NCBI GenBank assembly: GCA_037444665.1
Contig: JBBILZ010000020.1
Coordinates: forward strand, 1 to 41,043
DNA: 41,043 nt
Source of the DNA: a candidate division WOR-3 bacterium
Lineage (GTDB): Bacteria; Hydrothermota; Tepidihabitantia; SM23-42; JAOAFX01
Direction: 5' to 3'
In this document: positions 26,547 to 37,561 of the stretch, one piece after another
How the letters are laid out: each line of letters starts with the position of its first letter
Position numbering within the stretch: position 1 is the first letter of the stretch
Translations under genes and position numbers: made by a program
Notes under the pieces: model-generated
The model's input: only the letters and a program-made list of their open reading frames with translations
What the model was told of the DNA's origin: nothing
Database searches by the model: none

Positions 26547-27520
26547 GATTTGCACACCCATTATTTTTACTACTATTTATCCCGCTGGCCGGTCTTGTCT
26601 ACTGGGAATTTAGAAAACGTAATAGTGCGATAAAATTCCCTGATATTACATTTTTTAAATCTAATGAACATCAGGGAAGGATACTTGATACAATTATAAA
26701 GATTTTAACCTTTGCCGGATTATTTTTTATCATTCTCGGCCTTGCCCGGCCCCAGAAAGGCAGGGTCTATGAGGAAACAGAGTCTCACGGTGTTGATATT
26801 ATGCTATGCCTTGATATTTCAGGCACAATGCAGGCTGAGGATTTTCATCCTAAAAACCGTTTGTTTGTGGCAAAGGAAACAGCAAAGGAATTTATCTCCA
26901 AAAGAAGAGGCGATAGAATTGGTATGGTCATATTTTCTGCCCTGCCACTAACTCAGTGCCCCCTGACATCTGACCATAAAATACTCAATGACATAATTGA
27001 TCGGACTGAATATGGTATTCTGCCTGATGGCACTGCAATTGGTATGGGATTGGCAACTGCAATATCAAGGCTCAAGGATTCAAAGGCAAAAGAAAAGGTA
27101 GTGATCCTTTTGACTGATGGACTCAACAATGCCGGTGAAATTGAACCGATTACTGCAGCGAAGCTCGCCCAGACTTACGGAATAAAGGTCTATTGTATTG
27201 GTGTTGGTTCCAGGGGTCCGGTACCGATCCCTGTGGACCATCCAATCTATGGTAGGATATATGTTCGTCAGGAGATTGATTTAGATATGGAGGTGCTGGA
27301 ACAGATATCTGCACTCACCCAGGCAAAGGCATTCCTTGCAACCGATGCGACCGCACTCCGCACCATATATGATGAAATTGACAAAATGGAGCCAACCGAA
27401 TTTAAGGTGCACAGACACACGGTCTATTCAGAAAGAGCAGAAATCTTTATGGTGCCAGGCTTATTTCTTATCTTGCTAAATCTGATATTGTCTTTCACCT
27501 TTTTAAGAAAATTACCATGA
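26543..27520 (+). CDS. batA: BatA-like VWA domain protein
   Basis: MRFAHP N-terminus, LARPQ, MIDAS DISGTM, DRIGMVIF, GTAIGMGL, LLTDG. Confidence 0.9.
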   Translation: MRFAHPLFLLLFIPLAGLVYWEFRKRNSAIKFPDITFFKSNEHQGRILDTIIKILTFAGLFFIILGLARPQKGRVYEETESHGVDIMLCLDISGTMQAEDFHPKNRLFVAKETAKEFISKRRGDRIGMVIFSALPLTQCPLTSDHKILNDIIDRTEYGILPDGTAIGMGLATAISRLKDSKAKEKVVILLTDGLNNAGEIEPITAAKLAQTYGIKVYCIGVGSRGPVPIPVDHPIYGRIYVRQEIDLDMEVLEQISALTQAKAFLATDATALRTIYDEIDKMEPTEFKVHRHTVYSERAEIFMVPGLFLILLNLILSFTFLRKLP

Positions 27521-28521
27521 TTAAATGGGCTGAGCCATCATACCTGTATCTTCTTTTCATTGTTCCTATTGCTATTGTGGGTATTATAATTTTAGGATAT
27601 TTGAAAAAAAGGGCACTGCGAAAATTATCTGATCCAAGCCTAATTCCTGGACTCATTGAATCATTAAGCCAGAGGCTCTATCTATTAAAATTCCTGTTCT
27701 ATATTTTGGGATTGGTATTTTTGGTTATCAGCCTTGCCCGTCCACGCTGGGGTGAAAAGATGCAAATTTATAAAGGAAAAGGGATTGATATAGTAATCGC
27801 CCTTGATGCATCAAAAAGTATGTTTGCCCAGGATATCCAACCCAGCAGACTGGAAAGGGCAAAGCAGGATATTGCCTATCTGCTTGATAATTTAGGAACG
27901 CATCAGGTCGGTTTAACTGCCTTTGCTGGAGATTGTTATGTGATGTGCCCATTGACAACAGATGTGGATGCGGTTAAACTCTTCCTGGATATTATTGACC
28001 CGACAATGATGCCAAAGCCAGGAACGAATATTGGGAAAGCACTTGCAGTTTCTAATGGTCTGTTCAATCCAAAAGAAGAAACGCACAAGGCATTGATTCT
28101 TTTTACTGATGGTGATAATCTTGAAGGTGACCCAATGCCACAGATTGACTATGCAGCAGAGCATGGCATAAGAATTTTCACGGTCGGCATTGGTAGTGCT
28201 GAGGGTGCACCTGTGCCTGAAACCAATATTTCTACAGGCAGTGTAGCATATAAAAAGGATAAGGATGGTAATATTGTGATAACCCGCTTAGCCGAGCGCC
28301 TTTTACTCGCTATTGCCCGACTTACAAATGGTAGATACTTCCGCACTGATGGTCTTTATATCAATCGCCTGATTGAGGAACTGAACAAAATAGAAAAAAA
28401 GGAGATTGGTGGTGAGGAATATTTACAACTTGAGGAACGCTATCAGTATTTTTTAATCGTTGCGTTTGCCTGCCTGTTTTTGAGTGTCTTTCTGAGTGAC
28501 CGGAGAGGAAAATGGCTATAA
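27517..28521 (+). CDS. batB: BatB-like VWA domain protein
   Basis: LARPRWG, DASKSM, PSRLERAK, CPLTTD, FTDGD, TVGIGS, ERYQYF. Confidence 0.9.
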   Translation: MIKWAEPSYLYLLFIVPIAIVGIIILGYLKKRALRKLSDPSLIPGLIESLSQRLYLLKFLFYILGLVFLVISLARPRWGEKMQIYKGKGIDIVIALDASKSMFAQDIQPSRLERAKQDIAYLLDNLGTHQVGLTAFAGDCYVMCPLTTDVDAVKLFLDIIDPTMMPKPGTNIGKALAVSNGLFNPKEETHKALILFTDGDNLEGDPMPQIDYAAEHGIRIFTVGIGSAEGAPVPETNISTGSVAYKKDKDGNIVITRLAERLLLAIARLTNGRYFRTDGLYINRLIEELNKIEKKEIGGEEYLQLEERYQYFLIVAFACLFLSVFLSDRRGKWL

Positions 28522-29156
28522 AAAAATATTTGTTTATCTTTTTTATTTTTCTAAATCCCCTTATTATTTCACTCACCTTTGCTGATGTGGGTTCAAATAT
28601 GCGTAAAGGAAATAGTTTGATGCGCCAGGGCAAATATGAAGAGGCACTCAAAAAATATGAATCTGCCCTGATTGAAGAACCAGACAATATAAAGATCCAT
28701 TATAATATGGGCAGGGCATTATACAAAATGAACAAATATCAAGAAGCAATATCAGAATTTGAACTGGGACTTTTGACAAAAGATAAAAAATTTCAGGGAC
28801 AGACATTCTATAATATTGGTAATTGCCAGTTTAAACAGGGACAATTAGAATCAGCAATCAATTCGTATAAATCTGCACTACTTTTAAATCCAAAAGATAT
28901 GCAGGCAAAGCAGAATCTTGAATTCTGTCTGAAATTAAAAGAAGAACTGAAGAATCGTCCGCAATCAGACTCCACAAAACAACAGCAGAAAAAAGAAGAA
29001 CCCCAACAACAACCTCAGCCACAGCCGCAGATGCAGAAAGGCCAGGTAAGTAAAGAAGATGCAGAGCGATTACTTGAGGCATTGAAGAACAAAGAAAAAG
29101 AGACCCGTAAAGAACAACCCAAACCCGGTGTTGAAAGGGTTGAAAAGGACTGGTAA
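28512..29156 (+). CDS. batC: BatC-like TPR protein
   Basis: TPRs YNMGRALY and YNIGNCQF, Q-rich linker, AERLLEAL, C-terminal EKDW. Confidence 0.88.
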   Translation: MAIKKYLFIFFIFLNPLIISLTFADVGSNMRKGNSLMRQGKYEEALKKYESALIEEPDNIKIHYNMGRALYKMNKYQEAISEFELGLLTKDKKFQGQTFYNIGNCQFKQGQLESAINSYKSALLLNPKDMQAKQNLEFCLKLKEELKNRPQSDSTKQQQKKEEPQQQPQPQPQMQKGQVSKEDAERLLEALKNKEKETRKEQPKPGVERVEKDW

Positions 29157-29157
29157 T

Positions 29158-30921
29158 ATGTTAAGAAGATTGGTTCTTTTTTTAACCATATTTACCTTGC
29201 CTTTATTCTCTGCAGAACTCAATTTTTCTGCTACAGTGGACCGCACTACTGTGGGCATTGGCGAGACATTCACCTTGAATGTCACAGTGAGCGGTGAAAA
29301 TATTGGCAATGTTCCCACTCCTGAACTACCGGATATGAATAATTTCAATATCCTTGGTCGTTCCAGTTCCCAATCAACAAACATCAGTTTTATTAATGGC
29401 AAGATGTCGCAACAGATCACAATCAATTTCATTTACACGGTCAGCCCCAAAAAAATAGGAAAATTCACAATCGGTGCCTGTAAGATAAATTATCAGGGTA
29501 AGACCTATGAAACACAACCTATTGAGATTGAAGTGATAAAGGGCACAACCCGGGCACAAACTTCTCCTGCACCTTCTCAACCAGGAACAACGCCACCGGA
29601 GCCAGGTGGTGATAATATATTCATTCTTGCTGTTCCCAACAGAACCGAGGTATTGTGCGGAGAGCAGATAAATATAAGTTTTTATCTGTATACAAGATAC
29701 TCATTAGGAGACCTGAACCTTGAAAAATTACCGAGTTTTAGTGGTTTCTGGGCAGAACTGACCGATGATATAAAACAGCTCCGTTTTCAGACAAAAGTAT
29801 ACAATGGTAAATCATATAATGTAGCATTGATTAAAACCTATGCAATCTTTCCGGTTACCAGCGGAAAACTTACAATTGACCCATTGGTTTTAAATGCTGA
29901 GGTAATTCAACCGCCTCGTGACTTTTTTGATTTTTTTGGTACGAGTCGTATCGTAAAAATTGAATCAAAACCAATCAGTATCAATGTACTACCACTGCCC
30001 CAGGAAAATAAGCCTGAGCATTTCTGTGGCGGAGTGGGGAAGTTCAATATCAGTGCTTCTTTGGACCGTGATTCAGCAGTGGGTGGCACACCAGTAAATC
30101 TCATAGTAAAGATATCTGGCTCAGGTAATATCCGCCTTATAGAAAAACCAAAAGTTTCCAGTATCCCAAATCTAAGGATCCTTGAACCAGAGGTAAAAGA
30201 TAATATCCAGAGGTCAGGCAATCTTATAAAAGGGACAAAAGAATTCAGATATCCGGTAATTGCCCAGGTGGATGGAGAGCATATTTTACCCGAAATAAAG
30301 GTTGCTTATTTTGACCCACAAAAAAAAGTATATGAGACCATTACTACCCAGAGATTGAAATTTGTCGCAATGGGCACCACGACTGCCTCCATCACAACTG
30401 AGTCAGGTGGATTAAAAATTCTCGGCAGTGATATTCAATACATTAAACCCGATGCACGAAAATTTAGAACCCAGTCCTGGTCTGCACCAGGATGGATAAA
30501 TATATTTTATATTCTTTCATTTCTGATAGTTGGATTGGCACTACTTTATCAAAGATACCAGGCAAGACTTTTGATTGACCAAGCATATGCAAGGAGAATA
30601 AGAGCAGGCCATCTTTTTCAAAAACGAATAAAGCAGATAGAAACATTGCTCAAAGCACAGGACAAAAAAAATTTTTATACAAGTCTCGGTACAGCAGTTA
30701 TGAACTATATTGGAGACCGTTATAATTTACCAATCGGAACTCTGACCAAAGAGCAACTAAAACAGGAACTCATAAATAAAGGGTTAGCCAGAGAATTGCT
30801 GGATGAATTATTCAAAATTGTTGAATGTTGTGAAAATGCAGGGTATGCGCCAGTGATTTCAGAGCTTTATAAACCAGAAGAAATTTTAAAAAAGGCAAAA
30901 GAATTAATCCATCGGTTATGA
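29158..30921 (+). CDS. batD: BatD family protein
   Basis: ATVDRTTVGIGETF, SSSQSTNISFING, GGVGKFNI, ISGSGN, YFDP, DIQYIK, C-terminal TM. Confidence 0.9.
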   Translation: MLRRLVLFLTIFTLPLFSAELNFSATVDRTTVGIGETFTLNVTVSGENIGNVPTPELPDMNNFNILGRSSSQSTNISFINGKMSQQITINFIYTVSPKKIGKFTIGACKINYQGKTYETQPIEIEVIKGTTRAQTSPAPSQPGTTPPEPGGDNIFILAVPNRTEVLCGEQINISFYLYTRYSLGDLNLEKLPSFSGFWAELTDDIKQLRFQTKVYNGKSYNVALIKTYAIFPVTSGKLTIDPLVLNAEVIQPPRDFFDFFGTSRIVKIESKPISINVLPLPQENKPEHFCGGVGKFNISASLDRDSAVGGTPVNLIVKISGSGNIRLIEKPKVSSIPNLRILEPEVKDNIQRSGNLIKGTKEFRYPVIAQVDGEHILPEIKVAYFDPQKKVYETITTQRLKFVAMGTTTASITTESGGLKILGSDIQYIKPDARKFRTQSWSAPGWINIFYILSFLIVGLALLYQRYQARLLIDQAYARRIRAGHLFQKRIKQIETLLKAQDKKNFYTSLGTAVMNYIGDRYNLPIGTLTKEQLKQELINKGLARELLDELFKIVECCENAGYAPVISELYKPEEILKKAKELIHRL

Positions 30922-31634
30922 GTATATTATTCATTATTTTATTAAGTACAAACAATCCTGTTGAATTATACAATCAGGGCAATGAGTATTACAAAAACAG
31001 GGATTATCAAATGGCAATCTCCTGCTATGAAGAGGCATTGAAATTATGTCCAAACAGTGATATCTACTACAACCTTGGCAATGCATACTTTAAGATGAAC
31101 AGGCTGGGCAAGGCAATGGTTCAGTATCAGCGTGCGCGCATACTTGCCCCACGAGACCGTGATATAATTTATAACATAAATTTTTTACGAAGGTATCGGG
31201 TTGACAAAACGACCGAACTGGAAAATCCAATTGTCAGTCTGCTTGCAAAGATATTTCATTATTTTTCAATCACCGAGTCATACCTTCTAACAGGTATCTT
31301 CTTTTTTCTCAGTGCAATTCTCATTGCCTTAGAGATTATCTATAGAACAAAATATTTAAAATTTATTCTGATTTTGTCGGTGTTCTGTTTTCTGTTTTTT
31401 ATCATCACGTTTATGGTCTGGAATGGAGAAAAAAATATGCGTTACTGTGTAGTAATAAATCAAGAGGTAAAGGCATATAGTGGACCAGGAGAAGAATACA
31501 AAGAGATACTTATTATTCACGATGGAGCAGAGGCGAAGATCCGCGAAGCGCGTGGAGGATATTTTCTCATCCAGTTGCCAGGAGGTATGGGTGCATGGAT
31601 TGATACAGCAAATGTTGAGGAAATCTTTAAATAG
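30918..31634 (+). CDS. batE: BatE-like TPR + SH3 protein
   Basis: YYNLGNAYFK, YQRARILAPRD, two TM helices, SGPG...IHDGAE...GAWI. Confidence 0.88.
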   Translation: MSILFIILLSTNNPVELYNQGNEYYKNRDYQMAISCYEEALKLCPNSDIYYNLGNAYFKMNRLGKAMVQYQRARILAPRDRDIIYNINFLRRYRVDKTTELENPIVSLLAKIFHYFSITESYLLTGIFFFLSAILIALEIIYRTKYLKFILILSVFCFLFFIITFMVWNGEKNMRYCVVINQEVKAYSGPGEEYKEILIIHDGAEAKIREARGGYFLIQLPGGMGAWIDTANVEEIFK

Positions 31635-31642
31635 CAAAATTG

Positions 31643-32770
31643 ATGAAGATTATTGTTAAACGACGCCATTTTAATCATCCCTGGATATTTTCTAATGAGA
31701 TTATAAAAAAAGAGAATATCACACCTGGCAGCATTGTCCTGGTTGAGGAACAGAGAAAGATTATTGGCACTGGTTTTTATAATCCGCACTCACTTATTGC
31801 CATCAGATTATTTTCTTATACCGAAGAAAAATTTGACCACGATTTTTTATTGAAAAATTTAAAGTCTGCATGGACAAAGCGCAGCGGGATGGGTAATAGT
31901 TACCGTTTAGTAGCAAGTGAATGTGATGGTCTTCCTGGACTGATAATTGATAAATATAATGCATATTTTGTGATACAGATCAATTGTTTGGGAATGGAGC
32001 AATATAAAGAAGTGATAAAAGAAATCCTTATTGATGAATTCAAGGCTCAAGGCATATATGAAAAGTCTGATGAAGGGCTCAGAAAACGGGAAGGGTTGGA
32101 TGTAGCAAATAGTATTATCTTTGGTGAAATACCGGATTTGGTAGAGATTGAGCAAGATGGATTGAGATTTTTAGTTGATATTAAAAATGGTCAAAAGACC
32201 GGTTTCTTTTTTGACCAGCGGGAAAACAGAAAGATGGCAAAGGAATTAGCAAAAGGGGAAATCCTTGATTGTTTTTGCTATACAGGTGGTTTTTCAATCT
32301 ATGTCGGTAATAAAGGCAGTGTGCTCGGCATTGATAGTTCTGAGGGAGCAATTGCACTGGCAAAAAAGAATGCAGAGATTAATAATCTCAAATGCAGTTT
32401 TGAATGTGCTGAGGTCTTTAAGACCCTGCGCGAGTTTGCAAAGGCAGGAAGGAGATTTGATACGATAATCCTTGACCCACCTTCTTTTACCAAATCAAAA
32501 AAAGAGAAGCGCGATGCCCTGCGTGGATATAAAGAGATTAATCTTAGTGCAATGAAAATTTTGAATCCTGATGGCTTGCTTTTTACTGGTTCCTGTTCCT
32601 ATCATATTTCACGACAGGAGTTTTTAGAGATACTCCAGACCTCAGCGCAGGATGCGCACAAGCAATTTCAAATCATTAAAGAGGGGATGCAGTCAAAGGA
32701 CCATCCGGTCCTGTTAAATTTTCCTGAAAGTAATTATTTGAAATCTTTTTGCCTGCGTGTACTTGACTGA
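31643..32770 (+). CDS. rlmI: class I SAM-dependent 23S rRNA m5C1962 methyltransferase (RlmI family)
   Basis: HPWIFSNEI (PUA), ECDGLPGLIIDKY, GQKTGFFFDQRENR, LDCFCYTGGF, ILDPPSF, DHP..YLK. Confidence 0.88.
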   Translation: MKIIVKRRHFNHPWIFSNEIIKKENITPGSIVLVEEQRKIIGTGFYNPHSLIAIRLFSYTEEKFDHDFLLKNLKSAWTKRSGMGNSYRLVASECDGLPGLIIDKYNAYFVIQINCLGMEQYKEVIKEILIDEFKAQGIYEKSDEGLRKREGLDVANSIIFGEIPDLVEIEQDGLRFLVDIKNGQKTGFFFDQRENRKMAKELAKGEILDCFCYTGGFSIYVGNKGSVLGIDSSEGAIALAKKNAEINNLKCSFECAEVFKTLREFAKAGRRFDTIILDPPSFTKSKKEKRDALRGYKEINLSAMKILNPDGLLFTGSCSYHISRQEFLEILQTSAQDAHKQFQIIKEGMQSKDHPVLLNFPESNYLKSFCLRVLD

Positions 32771-32804
32771 ATATATTTAGATAGTATTGCCTCCACTTCA
32801 ACCA

Positions 32805-32832
32805 TTGACAAGTAATATTTTCTATGTAAAAT
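32805..32832 (+). promoter_or_regulatory. sigma70-like promoter TTGACA-N16-TAAAAT for hutU
   Basis: Read directly; AGGAGG RBS follows. Confidence 0.75.
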
Positions 32833-32863
32833 AATATATAGAAAAATTTTAGGAGGTACAATA

Positions 32864-34546
32864 ATGAAGAAGACCAAAACTATCAGAAATTTTGTATATA
32901 AACCAGTGACTGCACCTCGTGGTAGTATTCTTAAATGCAAATCCTGGCAGCAGGAAGGTGCATTTCGTATGCTACAAAATAATTTAGACCCGGATGTCGC
33001 AGAAAAACCTGAAGAACTTGTTGTCTATGGAGGCAGTGGTAAGGCAGCAAGAAACTGGGAATCTTATAATGCAATAATAGAATCTTTAAAAAAATTAGAA
33101 AATGATGAAACCTTACTGGTCCAATCTGGAAAACCAGTGGGTATATTTAAAACATTTGAATATGCACCGCGTGTTTTAATTGCCAATTCATTGCTTGTGC
33201 CAGCCTGGGCAAACTGGGATTATTTCAGAAAACTTGAGATGCTCGGTTTGATAATGTATGGACAGATGACTGCTGGAAGCTGGATCTATATCGGAACCCA
33301 GGGAATAATCCAGGGAACCTATGAGACCTTTTCTGCCTGTGCCCAGAAATACTTTAATGGAACATTAAGAGGGAAATGGGTGCTCACTGGCGGTATGGGT
33401 GGTATGAGCGGTGCCCAGCCCCTTGCAGTTACAATGAATGAAGGTGTGATACTGGATATTGAGGTTGACCCAAAACGTATCCAGAGACGGGTAAACCAGG
33501 GATTCTGTGATATAATGGTCTATAATCTTGATGAAGCATTGAAACTTGTCTTTGAGGCGGTTGATAAAAAGATTCCGCGTTCAATTGGACTTGTGGGTAA
33601 TACTGCTGATATTGAACCCGAACTTGTAAAAAGAAATATTATTCCGGACATCTTAACTGACCAGACCTCAGCCCATGATGAATTAAATGGCTATGTGCCC
33701 GGTGGAATGAGTTTTGATGATGCACTCTCATTGCGCTCACGAAACCCTGAAGAATATAAAAAGCGAGCACTTGATTCTATTGCAAAACAGATGCAGGCAA
33801 TGCTGGAGATGCAGAGAAAAGGTGCAATCGCATTTGATTATGGTAATAATATCCGTGGACAGGCAAAGCGTGCTGGTGTGGAAGACCCATTTAAAATACC
33901 AGGATTTGTGCCTGAATATATCAGACCGCTCTTCTGTATGGGCAAAGGCCCTTTTCGCTGGGCAGCACTGTCCGGTGAAAAAGAGGATATTTATCTGTTG
34001 GATAAAGAGGTTCTTGAAATGTTTGGTGATAATCCGTCAATAAGACGCTGGATTGAACTTGCCCAGAAAAAGATTCCTTTTCAGGGATTACCCGCAAGGA
34101 TTATGTGGCTTGGTTATGGAGAAAGGGATAAATTTGGTCTAAAGATAAACCATCTGGTCAGACAGGGAAGACTAAAAGCACCCATAGTAATTGGCAGGGA
34201 CCACCTTGACTGTGGTTCTGTAGCATCACCTTATCGGGAGACCGAAGGAATGCGTGATGGCTCAGATGCAATTGCTGACTGGCCAATTTTGAACGCATTA
34301 TTAAATACCGCATCCGGTGCCTCCTGGGTTTCAGTCCATCATGGTGGTGGTGTAGGAATCGGTTATTCAATCCATGCGGGTCAGGTACTGGTCTGTGATG
34401 GCACAGCAATGATGGACAAAAGGATTGAAAGGGTTCTCACGAATGACCCGGGCATCGGTGTAGTAAGACATTATGATGCAGGCTATAAAGAGGCAATTGA
34501 ATTTGCAAAAAAACATAAATTCAAGATTCCCATAGAAAAGGGTTAA
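32864..34546 (+). CDS. hutU: urocanate hydratase
   Basis: [72 protein letters not shown]. Confidence 0.98.
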   Translation: MKKTKTIRNFVYKPVTAPRGSILKCKSWQQEGAFRMLQNNLDPDVAEKPEELVVYGGSGKAARNWESYNAIIESLKKLENDETLLVQSGKPVGIFKTFEYAPRVLIANSLLVPAWANWDYFRKLEMLGLIMYGQMTAGSWIYIGTQGIIQGTYETFSACAQKYFNGTLRGKWVLTGGMGGMSGAQPLAVTMNEGVILDIEVDPKRIQRRVNQGFCDIMVYNLDEALKLVFEAVDKKIPRSIGLVGNTADIEPELVKRNIIPDILTDQTSAHDELNGYVPGGMSFDDALSLRSRNPEEYKKRALDSIAKQMQAMLEMQRKGAIAFDYGNNIRGQAKRAGVEDPFKIPGFVPEYIRPLFCMGKGPFRWAALSGEKEDIYLLDKEVLEMFGDNPSIRRWIELAQKKIPFQGLPARIMWLGYGERDKFGLKINHLVRQGRLKAPIVIGRDHLDCGSVASPYRETEGMRDGSDAIADWPILNALLNTASGASWVSVHHGGGVGIGYSIHAGQVLVCDGTAMMDKRIERVLTNDPGIGVVRHYDAGYKEAIEFAKKHKFKIPIEKG

Positions 34547-34549
34547 CCA

Positions 34550-36091
34550 ATGAAAAATAATTTGAAAAAATTTAACCATTTAACCCTTTATCAATTATTC
34601 AAATTCGCTCTTTATTCGGTGATGACCACTTTTTTCTTTCTGTCGTGTGGTCCACCAGAAGAAAAATCCATTACTATTGTCTATGATGCACCACCCGCCA
34701 CATTGGACCCGCACCTGAAAAGAGAAGTGGTTAACCAGACCATTATGAGTAATATTTATGAGGCGCTCGTTTGCTTTGACGCAAATATGGAATTACAACC
34801 GCTATTAGTCAATTACTGGGAAAATGTAGATAGTATAACCTGGCGTTTTGAACTCCGTTCTGGCGTGACCTTTCATAATAAAAAAGAACTTACTGCACAG
34901 GATGTGCTCTATTCTTTATACCGTATCTGGCACAATCCCCAGTCCGAATACCGGGCATTTACCTGGTATACAGATACAATTTATGCTGAGGATAGAAATA
35001 TCATCTTTAAATTGAAGATTCCCTATCCATTCTTCCTTTATGATATTGCAGGATTATTTATTGTTCCTGACGGATTTGAGCCACAAAAAGAGATGCCAGT
35101 TGGCACGGGTCCTTATAAATGTATAAAAAATTCTCAAGATGAGATTAAACTTGAATCTTATGAACATTATTGGGCTGGTCCACCACCAACAAAGAGTGCA
35201 CGTTTTGTATTTATTCCTGATTACAAAGATCGTATTAAAATGTTAAAAGATGGTAAGGCAGACATTATCAATTTTATTCCCTTGAGTGCTTTATCAGAAA
35301 TAGAGAAGTTCGGACAGGTTGTCGCAACTCCTGGTAATTCAACAAGATACTTAGAGTTCAATCTTACAAAATATCCATTTAATCAAAAAGATTTTCGCAA
35401 GGCAATAAATCTGGCAATTGAGCGGGAATATATTGCTCGTGTAATATACAAAGGTTATGCAGTACCTGCCAATCAATACTTACCACCGGGTGTCTTTGGT
35501 TTTGATAGTAAATTACCACAAATTCCTTATGAACCAGAACAGGCAAAAAAAATTTTAAAAAAATTCTCTGATCTACCAATTATAGTAATAGAATGCACAA
35601 GTGCACGTGCCTTTATTGCTGAGGCGATTGCCCGGGGTCTGGGAAAAATTGGCTTGAAAGTAATGGTGAAAGTCCTTGAGGTTGATGAATACTGGAATAA
35701 GGTAGAACATCAAAAGAGTGATTGTTATTTGATTGCCAGTGTGCCAACTTCCTACGAAGGCATTGGTATGTTGCGCAGCAGTTTCCATACTTATGAACCA
35801 GATAAAGGACTGGGAATGATGAATAATGTCAATTATTCAAATATAGAGTTAGATAGTATAATTGAAGAACTATTTTATATGAAAGAACAAAATGCGGTCT
35901 TCCAGGCAATCAATCGTATCCAGAAAATATTACTTAATGACCTGCCAAAGATTCCTGTGGTCTGGGAAAAGGAAATATATGGCATTTCCAAAAGGATAAT
36001 CTATAAACCCAGGCTTGACGAAAGGATTATTATCAAAGAAATAAGATTTATAGATACAAAAAATAATGTATTGACCGAGGGTAAGCAATGA
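34550..36091 (+). CDS. family 5 (DppA/OppA-like) solute-binding lipoprotein
   Basis: Lipobox FLSC, PATLDP, NIYEALV, LRSGVTFH..LTAQDV, GTGPY, RKAINLAI. True start may be further downstream. Confidence 0.9.
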   Translation: MKNNLKKFNHLTLYQLFKFALYSVMTTFFFLSCGPPEEKSITIVYDAPPATLDPHLKREVVNQTIMSNIYEALVCFDANMELQPLLVNYWENVDSITWRFELRSGVTFHNKKELTAQDVLYSLYRIWHNPQSEYRAFTWYTDTIYAEDRNIIFKLKIPYPFFLYDIAGLFIVPDGFEPQKEMPVGTGPYKCIKNSQDEIKLESYEHYWAGPPPTKSARFVFIPDYKDRIKMLKDGKADIINFIPLSALSEIEKFGQVVATPGNSTRYLEFNLTKYPFNQKDFRKAINLAIEREYIARVIYKGYAVPANQYLPPGVFGFDSKLPQIPYEPEQAKKILKKFSDLPIIVIECTSARAFIAEAIARGLGKIGLKVMVKVLEVDEYWNKVEHQKSDCYLIASVPTSYEGIGMLRSSFHTYEPDKGLGMMNNVNYSNIELDSIIEELFYMKEQNAVFQAINRIQKILLNDLPKIPVVWEKEIYGISKRIIYKPRLDERIIIKEIRFIDTKNNVLTEGKQ

Positions 36092-37560
36092 AGATGTCCA
36101 TCAGGACAAAGATGGTTTTATTTATATTATTAACCGTTGTTATAATTTTTCTGGTGATTGGTATATACCATTCAATTTTTCGTATGCACGAATTGAAAAA
36201 CAGGATTGCCCGAGATGCTGGTCTATTTGTGCAGCTGGCCAATAAAGAGGTAGGCAGGTCATTTGAGTTATATTTTGATAATACCTTTTATAAATTCCGC
36301 GCCACTGTTCTTGAACATGCCCGCAATAATAATGACCTGACCAATATCCAGGTTGTAAATATGGAAGGTACTATTCTCTATGATATGAATAAAACAGAGA
36401 AGACTTCCTTTCCTGGAGCAAGAACAGACCTGCCCCTGGATACATTTATTTTAGCGAATTTGAAATCAACAGAAATAATACAGAATATTGATAAGGATAT
36501 TAAAATTATTGCACCCTATTTTGATGATTATGGTATTCACAAATTTTCAATTGTCTATTTTTTCAGTTTTGCACGGTTGCAGCAACAGATGAAGACTATT
36601 ATTGGCGAAAATATTTTCATTTCTTTCGTAATTTTGATAATAAGTTTAATGGGCGCAATATTTGTTTCTGTTCGTATCACTGCCCATATAAAAACACTCC
36701 TTACCGCAGCAAAAAAATTTAGTGAAGGTAATTTTAAAGAAAAGATAATTATTAAGACCAATGATGAATTTGAAGAACTGGCAAATACATTCAATGCAAT
36801 GGCTGGAGAAATTAAAAATAACATAAAAGATTTAAACGAGCTTATTCAGGAATTGGTGCGGAGGGATGAACAGAAAACAATCTTTCTTGCTAACCTTTCC
36901 CATGAGTTGAGAACTCCCCTGACCGCATCACTCGGTTATATTGACTATCTACAGAAGCAGAAACTCGGTGCACTTAATAAAGACCAATTACATAGTATTG
37001 AGGTGATCAAAAGAAATTTAGAGCGGTTAAATAATGAAATCCGCTCATTGCTACAGATCTCAAAATATATCCTGGAAGGGGTAAAATTAGAACCCCAGAA
37101 ATTTTCTTTTGAAGAAGCAATCAATGCAATGCTCAACAATTTTCAGCCCCATATTGAAGAAAAGGGTCTTATCGTAAAACAAGAATCGCAGGTAAAAGAC
37201 ATCATTGCGGATAAAGATAAGTTATCAACCGTCCTGGAAAATTTGATTGCCAATGCCATAAAATTCGCTGACCCAAAGACCGAAATACATATTGCAACCC
37301 ATAATTATGCTGAGGACTCAAAAACTTATTTTCTTTTCCGTATCACCAATCAGGGTGTAGAGATTCCAGAAGAGAAAATTCAACATATCTTTGAACCGTT
37401 TTATCAGATTGATTCCAGCACATCAAGAAAGTATGGAGGAGTTGGTCTTGGCCTTGCCATAGCAAAGCAAATTATTGAAGCACATTCTGGAAGGATAGGT
37501 GCAAAAAGTAATAATGGCTTGGTAATTTTTGAATTTATTATCCCTCAAGAAGGAGGGTAG
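36088..37560 (+). CDS. membrane sensor histidine kinase (2 TM, HAMP, HisKA, HATPase)
   Basis: DEFEELANTFNAM, SHELRTPL, NLIANAIKF, IFEPFYQ, GVGLGLAI. Confidence 0.95.
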   Translation: MKMSIRTKMVLFILLTVVIIFLVIGIYHSIFRMHELKNRIARDAGLFVQLANKEVGRSFELYFDNTFYKFRATVLEHARNNNDLTNIQVVNMEGTILYDMNKTEKTSFPGARTDLPLDTFILANLKSTEIIQNIDKDIKIIAPYFDDYGIHKFSIVYFFSFARLQQQMKTIIGENIFISFVILIISLMGAIFVSVRITAHIKTLLTAAKKFSEGNFKEKIIIKTNDEFEELANTFNAMAGEIKNNIKDLNELIQELVRRDEQKTIFLANLSHELRTPLTASLGYIDYLQKQKLGALNKDQLHSIEVIKRNLERLNNEIRSLLQISKYILEGVKLEPQKFSFEEAINAMLNNFQPHIEEKGLIVKQESQVKDIIADKDKLSTVLENLIANAIKFADPKTEIHIATHNYAEDSKTYFLFRITNQGVEIPEEKIQHIFEPFYQIDSSTSRKYGGVGLGLAIAKQIIEAHSGRIGAKSNNGLVIFEFIIPQEGG

Positions 37561-37561
37561 A

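Noticed and set aside
28975..29040. CAA/CAG-rich low-complexity tract
   Set aside because: Encodes the ordinary Q/P-rich linker of BatC.
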